Virus record (IMG/VR): IMGVR_UViG_3300047558_000137
Location: 310,001 to 374,000 of that record
Strand: one strand, 5' to 3'
Length of the DNA stretch: 64,000 nucleotides
Position numbers and translations under genes: made by a program. Below, piece by piece: positions 1-5,488 of the stretch (position 1 is the first letter of the stretch; the number at the start of each line of letters is the position of its first letter). The notes under the pieces were generated by a model, which saw nothing but the letters and a program-made list of their open reading frames with translations, did not search any database and was not told the origin of the DNA.

Positions 1-18
1 TCTTACTAACGTGAAAGG

Positions 19-1122
19 CTAGTGTCCTAAACCGATAGACGAACCGAGCATGTTTTCTAAATCAAGTCTTTGATAAGGTCTTGTTTTAAACAGTTCCTTA
101 TTGTACTCGATAATTCTTTTATTGTCAATCCACCATTGACGCCATTGATCTATATTGGTGTTTAACAATCTTTTAACTTCATTACTGTATGCGGCCCAAC
201 GTTGGTCATTGTCAGTTATATCATCATAACTGTAATCAATGAACTCCGGGAAAGCAAACCCATAATATGTTTTTAATCTATTAATAAACTTTGCAGTACT
301 AAAAGGCAAAATAAAATGTCCCATAATCAATGGAGAAAAAGTCTTCTCGGTCACCGATATGGTATTGCCATACTCAATTGATTCTCCGTATATAGAAACA
401 AATGTATTCCTATAGTATTCTCTATGTGGTGGTGCGTATACAATTGGTCTGTGACGACTTATACCACGCTCTAATTCTGCAACATCTCTGCACATAGGTC
501 TTTCTGACTGCGGAAATAGTGCTCTTGGAGGGTTGCTGTCAACGCTTCCTATATAGCCACGATCATTAAACGATTGCAAAAGATCAACTAACATAGTCCT
601 GTATTTTCTAGGACGATCTGTATTACGATATGTTGTGTTAGTTGAAACAAAAATTTTGTTTTTCTGCATTGCATCAGGATGATCAACTGATTCATAATCA
701 CTTGGATGACTATAGTGCAATACATGTGAACTATCACTATATTTGTAATGTTCATAATATGATTTGGTCATATTATATAGATAATCCAAGTAGATGATCT
801 TAGGATGTTCTACATTTGGATCATAGGCACTAGTAAATGTTAAATCATGCACTGACCCAGGAATTCTATCTAGAATACGCTGTGCTTGATCTTCTTCTAC
901 GTGTAGATCAAACATGATCATTGAGCGATAACTATAAGTCTTATACAGATCTGCGTCAATACAGTCTGATTTATAAAAATTATTTGCAATCAATATGTCA
1001 ACAGCACCACTATAATCTGTATTTTTACGATACTGATAGTTGGTATTGTTTAGATCAAAGAACCAACCATATTGATTCTTACGTGTGACTTTGTTGAAGT
1101 CTGGGTCTAGTATTGTTAGCAT
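19..1122 (-). CDS. Glycosyltransferase-like protein (GT10/fucosyltransferase-like 'TEKT' family)
   Basis: 367 aa ORF. C-terminal FVSIYGES...VTEKTFSPLIMGHFILP...FIDYSYD resembles the GT10 nucleotide-sugar motif; paralogs at 4256 and 51637. Confidence 0.55.
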   Translation of the reverse strand: MLTILDPDFNKVTRKNQYGWFFDLNNTNYQYRKNTDYSGAVDILIANNFYKSDCIDADLYKTYSYRSMIMFDLHVEEDQAQRILDRIPGSVHDLTFTSAYDPNVEHPKIIYLDYLYNMTKSYYEHYKYSDSSHVLHYSHPSDYESVDHPDAMQKNKIFVSTNTTYRNTDRPRKYRTMLVDLLQSFNDRGYIGSVDSNPPRALFPQSERPMCRDVAELERGISRHRPIVYAPPHREYYRNTFVSIYGESIEYGNTISVTEKTFSPLIMGHFILPFSTAKFINRLKTYYGFAFPEFIDYSYDDITDNDQRWAAYSNEVKRLLNTNIDQWRQWWIDNKRIIEYNKELFKTRPYQRLDLENMLGSSIGLGH

Positions 1123-1136
1123 GTATATATTATATA

Positions 1137-1213
1137 TGGCGACCCCGAATGGATTTGAACCACTGACATTTGGTTTTGGAGACCAACGTTCTGCCGGACT
1201 GAACTACGGAGCC
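1137..1213 (-). tRNA. trnW: tRNA-Trp(CCA)
   Basis: Cloverleaf GGCUCCG/CGGGGUC, anticodon arm UUGGU-CUCCAAA-ACCAA, T loop UUCAAAU, encoded CCA. Confidence 0.95.
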
Positions 1214-1221
1214 ATATTAAA

Positions 1222-1435
1222 TTTGTAAGTAGTGCTACCATCATTATAAGCACCATTCACCCTTTACGTAAAGCCTAGGCTGGGACTCGGTACGTTACTT
1301 GGGATTCATCCAGCCTGTGCGCCACTATGCACCCGAGTCTTCCGACCCGTTGGGAATCGAACCCACGACCTTTTACTGTTTAGGTAGTTCGAACATACCA
1401 TTAACAGCGTGACTTCACTTGCTAACACTTACAAA
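1222..1435 (-). ncRNA. Unidentified ~214-nt structured RNA with an internal T-arm (RNA1)
   Basis: Ends pair (UUUGUAAGU/ACUUACAAA). Internal hairpins include GUGGG-UUCGAUU-CCCA, CGGGUC-GGAA-GACUCG and AGGCUGG/CCAGCCU. Fills the gap between two tRNAs. Confidence 0.7.
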
Positions 1436-1438
1436 ACT

Positions 1439-1530
1439 TGGCGGAAGGCGGAGGAGTCGAACCCCATCCCCGTTAGGAGAACCTGGTTTTCAAGGCCAGT
1501 CGCAGGACCAACCCCGCTGCATCACCTTCC
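1439..1530 (-). tRNA. trnS: tRNA-Ser(UGA), non-canonical 8/4 acceptor/T-stem structure
   Basis: 8-bp acceptor GGAAGGUG/CGCCUUCC, 4-bp T stem GGGG/CCUC, long variable arm UCUCC-UAAC-GGGGA, anticodon loop CUUGAAA, G73, CCA. Confidence 0.88.
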
Positions 1531-1539
1531 ATAATAGAT

Positions 1540-1688
1540 TTTCTGAGTGACCAGCTATCTTTCTCAAGGACTCACTGGCTTGTCTCGTAGAGGAGAGTTT
1601 AAACTACCCGATGTTGCTACTGGTGTGTCAGTCTCAAGAATAGGGACCTAGCGCACCGGGGACTCAATCCAAACGTCTAACTCAGAAA
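1540..1688 (-). ncRNA. Unidentified ~149-nt structured RNA (RNA2)
   Basis: Ends pair (UUUCUGAGU/ACUCAGAAA); nested stems GUUUGGAUU/AGUUUAAAC, CCCGGUG/CAUCGGG, GCCAGU/GCUGGU with G.U pairs on the minus strand. Confidence 0.65.
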
Positions 1689-1690
1689 CT

Positions 1691-1763
1691 TGGTGGATCA
1701 ATGCGGGTTCGAACCGCTACTGAGACCCATAATGGCAATCCCAGTTACTCCTAGACTTGACCC
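1691..1763 (-). ncRNA. tRNA-like mini-RNA resembling the tmRNA tRNA-like domain (G3.U70, A73, no D stem, no canonical anticodon loop)
   Basis: Acceptor GGGUCAA/UUGAUCC-A-CCA, unpaired 11-nt D region, 8-bp stem ACUGGGAU/GUCUCAGU, T arm GCGG-UUCGAAC-CCGC. Confidence 0.7.
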
Positions 1764-1769
1764 ATAACT

Positions 1770-1844
1770 TGGTGGAAGTAGCTAGATTCGAACTAGCGAT
1801 AGTTACCGTATGAAGGTAGTGCATTACCACTTTGCTATACTTCC
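1770..1844 (-). tRNA. trnM: tRNA with CAU anticodon (probably elongator Met)
   Basis: Acceptor GGAAGUA/UACUUCC, anticodon arm UACC-UUCAUAC-GGUA, T arm GCUAG-UUCGAAU-CUAGC, CCA. Confidence 0.88.
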
Positions 1845-1845
1845 A

Positions 1846-1939
1846 GTATTCTAAAACACATTAGTTGCCTAGCTTTGTCCCGGCAGTCGTTACCCGTCAA
1901 AAGGATAAAGAGCGTTTCATCTAATATGCTTTAGAATAC
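1846..1939 (-). ncRNA. Unidentified ~94-nt RNA closed by a 19-bp stem (RNA3)
   Basis: GUAUUCUAAAGCAUAUUAG pairs with CUAAUGUGUUUUAGAAUAC using two G.U pairs; inner stem CUUUAUCC/GGACAAAG. Confidence 0.55.
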
Positions 1940-1952
1940 CCTGCATTTCTGC

Positions 1953-2081
1953 AGGATATGATAGGGTTGATACCCTACCCAGTTATTTGTACTCTGCCGT
2001 TATCGCCAGCATTTCATCCAACTGTCCGCCCGTTTGTGGCATGTTTTAAGTGCGCCACCCAGTCCTCGTTACTGGTATCCT
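1953..2081 (-). ncRNA. Unidentified ~129-nt multi-hairpin RNA (RNA4)
   Basis: AGGAUA/UAUCCU closes hairpins CCAGU/ACUGG, GUGGC/GCCAC, CAGUUG/UAACUG (with inner UGCUG/CGGCA) and GGUAGGGU/ACCCUAUC. Confidence 0.6.
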
Positions 2082-2091
2082 TCACACTACT

Positions 2092-2256
2092 CTACGGTTG
2101 TAAAGTACGTTCTTCCTGAACTTTTCTGGAACGATAGTGCCTTTCGGCCCGTTCCATCTTATCTTGGATCAACTTGTGTAGCTGTTCCTTAGTAAGAGTA
2201 TGTTCAGTTGTGAACTTTACTTCTCGCATACGTTGTTTCAAATTCACTTGTTTCAT
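2092..2256 (-). CDS. Small basic hypothetical protein, 54 aa (MKQVNLKQRM...)
   Basis: AGGA Shine-Dalgarno 7 nt before the ATG at 2256; the ORF-track start at 2274 lies in the terminator U tract. Confidence 0.6.
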   Translation of the reverse strand: MKQVNLKQRMREVKFTTEHTLTKEQLHKLIQDKMERAERHYRSRKVQEERTLQP

Positions 2257-2272
2257 TTTCTTTCCTACAAAC

Positions 2273-2303
2273 AAAAAACCCTAGGGTTTTTAGTCCTAGG
2301 GTT
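2273..2303 (-). terminator. Intrinsic terminator (attenuator)
   Basis: AACCCUAGG-9 nt-CCUAGGGUU followed by a U run; its 5' arm GGAACCCU (2298-2305) is complementary to AGGGUUCC at 2354-2361. Confidence 0.8.
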
Positions 2304-2333
2304 CCTTTTAGTTTAGAATGTAAGTTTGTTTAC

Positions 2334-2477
2334 TTAACCATCCCATCCCTCTCGGAACCCTGTTGTAATCTCTGGTGTGCGATCACTATTTGTATTCGCA
2401 AACAAAGACCAATAGGCTGACATGCCTAGTCCGGGCTGTTGTTGTTTAAGCGAATGACAGAATGTGTGTTGCATCAT
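2334..2477 (-). CDS. Putative 47-aa attenuator leader peptide
   Basis: MMQHTFCHSLKQQQPGLGMSAYWSLFANTNSDRTPEITTGFREGWDG*. ATG is 7 nt after a -10 box and preceded by AGGA; contains the antiterminator sequence. Confidence 0.6.
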   Translation of the reverse strand: MMQHTFCHSLKQQQPGLGMSAYWSLFANTNSDRTPEITTGFREGWDG

Positions 2478-2484
2478 GTTTCCT

Positions 2485-2513
2485 ATTGTATTTTATTTAT
2501 CTCTTTGTGTCAA
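2485..2513 (-). promoter_or_regulatory. Composite sigma70 + late promoter
   Basis: TTGACA-N17-TACAAT with TAAATA inside the spacer. Confidence 0.8.
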
Positions 2514-2547
2514 CCACTATATCAAATAGTGGTAAAATTGTTCATTT

Positions 2548-2638
2548 TGGTAGGAGAGACCGGAGTCGAACCGATATCAGCCAATTATCTGTTGCTACGG
2601 GGTATAAGCCCGCCGTTTTACCATTAAACTACTCTCCC
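2548..2638 (-). tRNA. trnI: tRNA-Ile(UAU) with an atypical long variable arm
   Basis: Anticodon arm GCGGG-CUUAUAC-CCCGU, ~21-nt variable region, T arm AUCGG-UUCGACU-CCGGU, A73, CCA. Confidence 0.85.
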
Positions 2639-2646
2639 AGAAAATT

Positions 2647-2732
2647 TGGTGCGACTGGCCGGAATCGAACCGGCACGCCATTACAGCGGGAGATTTTAAG
2701 TCTCCTGTGGCTACCAATTACACCACAGTCGC
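2647..2732 (-). tRNA. trnL: tRNA-Leu(UAA)
   Basis: Anticodon arm GGAGA-CUUAAAA-UCUCC, long variable arm, A73, CCA. Confidence 0.95.
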
Positions 2733-2740
2733 ATCTACGA

Positions 2741-2791
2741 TCATAACAATCGTATTCGTAACTGGAATGTGTCTAAGGTAAGTTGTTTCAT
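2741..2791 (-). CDS. Putative 16-aa rare-codon minigene / leader peptide (MKQLTLDTFQLRIRLL)
   Basis: ATG 6 nt after a TACAAT -10 box; ends UUA CGA AUA CGA UUG UUA UGA, 8 nt before tRNA-Leu(UAA). Confidence 0.45.
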   Translation of the reverse strand: MKQLTLDTFQLRIRLL

Positions 2792-2797
2792 GATCTA

Positions 2798-2826
2798 ATT
2801 GTAATTTATTTATCTTTTACTGTCAA
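2798..2826 (-). promoter_or_regulatory. Composite sigma70 + late promoter
   Basis: TTGACA-N17-TACAAT with AGATAAATAAA in the spacer; near copy of 2485-2513. Confidence 0.8.
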
Positions 2827-3683
2827 ATGACTTTTGCATCTGTACAGCTCTTGCATAAACTGCCGCTATTGTAGCAAGGTTCTGCATTCAGTGCAAGCAA
2901 TTTGGTAAATTCAGGACCTGTAAACAAATCTTCATACTTTTGTGTTAAAAGATTGCCCAGCACATGCTTGGTATCGTAGTCCATACAGCATAATACTACA
3001 TCTCCATTAGGCAACAAAACGTTTTGGTCATATAGACTTGTTTTACCGCAAACTACGGGCTTTTTGTGTTCTATAGTAAACACAACAGGTTGCTCTTTGA
3101 TCTGCTCTTTGTTTAATGTACCTGCACGATCATGGGCCGCAATACTCCAATCATGACTGACGTATACCCCGGGTAAATGGCGAATTGCTGGATGCACTCC
3201 ATGATCACTCATGGCCATTGCTTCGTAATGTATACCTGCTGCCTGTACAATTTCACGCATACCAATGTAGGCGTATTCCCATTCTTCACTGAGCTTCCAA
3301 CCCTTCATGTTACCTGCTTCGTCAGGAAAGTGTATCTTGAATATGTCAACTTGGCCTGCATGATTTAGTAACAGTTCGCCTACTCTATGTACTGTAGTTT
3401 CGTCCCAGTTGTATAGTGTAGTAAAGATGGCAACTTGCCTATCATTTTCTAGGGCATACTCTAGCATGTCTGTACAGGCCGGATTAACCCAGGGTTCTGC
3501 CATGCCAGAAAAGTCAATACGACAATCCCATGGTAGTCGATCTACTACTGTTTTAAATGTATCCAAGCTCATATACTTGGCATCTTCTTTACCATATGCA
3601 TCACGTAGGTTGTCTTGTGGACAAAACGTACACATTAGGGGACAACCAATCATGGTTGTTATTTCCATTGTTTTGTGGCTCAT
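2823..3683 (-). CDS. Radical SAM protein with SPASM/twitch domain
   Basis: CxxxCxxC (GCPLMCTFC), SGMAEP, C-terminal NGDVVLCCMDY...GNL...CKSC. Confidence 0.85.
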   Translation of the reverse strand: MSHKTMEITTMIGCPLMCTFCPQDNLRDAYGKEDAKYMSLDTFKTVVDRLPWDCRIDFSGMAEPWVNPACTDMLEYALENDRQVAIFTTLYNWDETTVHRVGELLLNHAGQVDIFKIHFPDEAGNMKGWKLSEEWEYAYIGMREIVQAAGIHYEAMAMSDHGVHPAIRHLPGVYVSHDWSIAAHDRAGTLNKEQIKEQPVVFTIEHKKPVVCGKTSLYDQNVLLPNGDVVLCCMDYDTKHVLGNLLTQKYEDLFTGPEFTKLLALNAEPCYNSGSLCKSCTDAKVI

Positions 3684-3922
3684 GACTTATTTAACTGTGC
3701 CCAAGCGAGCCAGGATCTAAAACTTTCATAGACCGCTTGCGCTTCTTTATCATCTTGATCGATTCGTACTCCACGCACATAGAAACCATTATGGCTCACA
3801 CGTAGCATTTCTTCTGAACCTGAATGAAAAATAATGCTATTTTTTGCCGCTTCAATTGCATCTACATCGATACTAAACAACTTTTTTGGGGGTTGTTCGT
3901 AGTTAAACTGAGAGGTGGTCAT
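3680..3922 (-). CDS. Hypothetical protein
   Basis: 80 aa ORF overlapping both neighbours in the operon (ATGA junction at 3680-3683). Confidence 0.65.
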   Translation of the reverse strand: MTTSQFNYEQPPKKLFSIDVDAIEAAKNSIIFHSGSEEMLRVSHNGFYVRGVRIDQDDKEAQAVYESFRSWLAWAQLNKS

Positions 3923-4259
3923 GCTTAATTTCCCTTACTGGATCGCCCAATGCTTCGGCTAGGTTGTTCTTAATTGTAACACGTATGTTATTATAATTAC
4001 GAATTTCAACTGCTCTGCGCCCAATCTCCTCGTAGCCTAGGTTGTCTTCTAGTCCGCGACGTAGATCGCTTTCCAATGCCCAAATGCTTAGATGCACAAC
4101 TTCTAGTCGCTCAAGCAATGGCTGTACAGGTTCTAGATCAAATCTTTTGGCCTGTTCAGCATAGTAATCGTATTCAGCTTGGTTACCTAGACCTTTATCT
4201 AGTTTAATCTTGGCAATTACTAATCGATCTAATAGTTCTACTACTGGGAAAAATATCAT
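3903..4259 (-). CDS. Conserved hypothetical coiled-coil protein (DUF6165-like)
   Basis: ELLDRLVIAKIK...IWALESDLR...NNIRVTIKN pattern; ATGA coupling to the upstream gene. Confidence 0.6.
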   Translation of the reverse strand: MIFFPVVELLDRLVIAKIKLDKGLGNQAEYDYYAEQAKRFDLEPVQPLLERLEVVHLSIWALESDLRRGLEDNLGYEEIGRRAVEIRNYNNIRVTIKNNLAEALGDPVREIKHDHLSV

Positions 4260-5365
4260 ACGTACTTCTTAAATTGTTCTAATGTTAAGTCAGGAAGATT
4301 AATGTAATCTGTGTCTGCATATTGTGGCAGTGCATCAATTAAGATTTTATACAAATCAAAATAGACTTCTTCTGCTAAACGATACATAATCATTCTGTTA
4401 TGCTGACGAATTTCTTGTGTTGGCTCAACAAGTTTTACATCAGATTTAACTAAGCGTTCAACTTCTGCGGCCACTGCACGTAGGCGCTCTCCTGGATACT
4501 CTAGACTATCGTAAGACTCATCTATTAGATCGCCAAACGTTTTAAACCCAAAGGCATGTAAGTGTCTAAGTGTATATTGCCCGCCTACTACAAGAAATGG
4601 ATGCCCAACTAATAACGGCTTGTATGTTTTCTCTGTTACAAAGGTTTCGTTAGGTGCTGTTTCCAATGCTAGACTAAATTCTGTGTGCCAGTAATGCGGC
4701 GGATAGAAGTTTTCAAATCTAAAATCTTCATGGAAGTTTGCATTGGGCCAATCAATGATTGGCTTAACATCTAGTTCAGTACGATCGGGAATTCTGTAAT
4801 CAATGAAGCTGTGGATGCTTTGATTTAAGATATCTCGTTCAATCAGTTCCTTAAACATTTCTTCTCTATTGTGTCGGCGTGTGCCATTTAAGAAAAGATA
4901 TTTAAAAGTCTTTGGAAATGTGCTGATACCATCTGCGGTATATGCAAGTCTAGCACGATTAAACTCTGTAGTTAGTCTATAGACAAAATACTTGTCTAGA
5001 TTGTGTTCAACGAAACCATCAACTGCCCTATTGCCTTGCTTAACCAAGTGAATAGGTATGCGTCTACGCACATAGTCCCTAGTGGGGTAATAACTACTGC
5101 TTAGTGTACTTTCACACTCACTTGGATAGTAGAAAATAATTGGAATGCCCAGGCTAGCACAACGATCAATAATTTGCTTGGCATAGTCGCCATCGTTGCC
5201 CGGGACTTCTTCAACAAAGGCATCTGTTATTACAGCATCGCCTGTAATATCTTCTGGATTTTTTACAATGGTGTAGGGTATGTTATACAGTTCCAGTACT
5301 GTAGTTAATAATCGATTTCTTGCACTACTAGGCCCAAGGGTCTGTCGAATTAAAAAATTTATCAT
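4256..5365 (-). CDS. Glycosyltransferase-like protein (GT10-like 'TEKT' family)
   Basis: FSLALET...FVTEKTYKPLLVGHPFL...GFKTF...IDESYD. Start moved to the ATG at 5365 because the ORF-track N-terminus runs through a tRNA. Confidence 0.6.
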   Translation of the reverse strand: MINFLIRQTLGPSSARNRLLTTVLELYNIPYTIVKNPEDITGDAVITDAFVEEVPGNDGDYAKQIIDRCASLGIPIIFYYPSECESTLSSSYYPTRDYVRRRIPIHLVKQGNRAVDGFVEHNLDKYFVYRLTTEFNRARLAYTADGISTFPKTFKYLFLNGTRRHNREEMFKELIERDILNQSIHSFIDYRIPDRTELDVKPIIDWPNANFHEDFRFENFYPPHYWHTEFSLALETAPNETFVTEKTYKPLLVGHPFLVVGGQYTLRHLHAFGFKTFGDLIDESYDSLEYPGERLRAVAAEVERLVKSDVKLVEPTQEIRQHNRMIMYRLAEEVYFDLYKILIDALPQYADTDYINLPDLTLEQFKKYV

Positions 5366-5371
5366 GTTATA

Positions 5372-5448
5372 TGGTGCGGATGGTGGGACTCGAACCCACA
5401 AAATTTGGCTTCTAAGACCAACACGTATACCAATTCCATCACATCCGC
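5372..5448 (-). tRNA. trnL: tRNA-Leu(UAG), short variable loop
   Basis: Acceptor GCGGAUG/CAUCCGC, anticodon arm UUGGU-CUUAGAA-GCCAA, 5-nt variable loop, A73, CCA. Confidence 0.9.
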
Positions 5449-5459
5449 GTATGTGATCT

Positions 5460-5488
5460 AGTATAGTGTATATATCTTTATTTGTCAA
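5460..5488 (-). promoter_or_regulatory. sigma70 promoter for tRNA-Leu(UAG)
   Basis: TTGACA-N17-TATACT, 11 nt before the tRNA. Confidence 0.8.

Noticed and set aside
1439-1530. Selenocysteine tRNA
   Set aside because: The 5' end and 8-bp acceptor look Sec-like, but the anticodon is UGA (Ser), not UCA, and the T stem is 4 bp.
1691-1763. Ochre suppressor tRNA (UUA at the hairpin tip) implying stop-codon recoding
   Set aside because: UUA sits in a 3-nt loop rather than a 7-nt anticodon loop, and core genes end normally at TAA with no fragmentation.
2439-2746. Plus-strand ORFs of 62 and 94 aa
   Set aside because: They are antisense to two tRNAs and a promoter.
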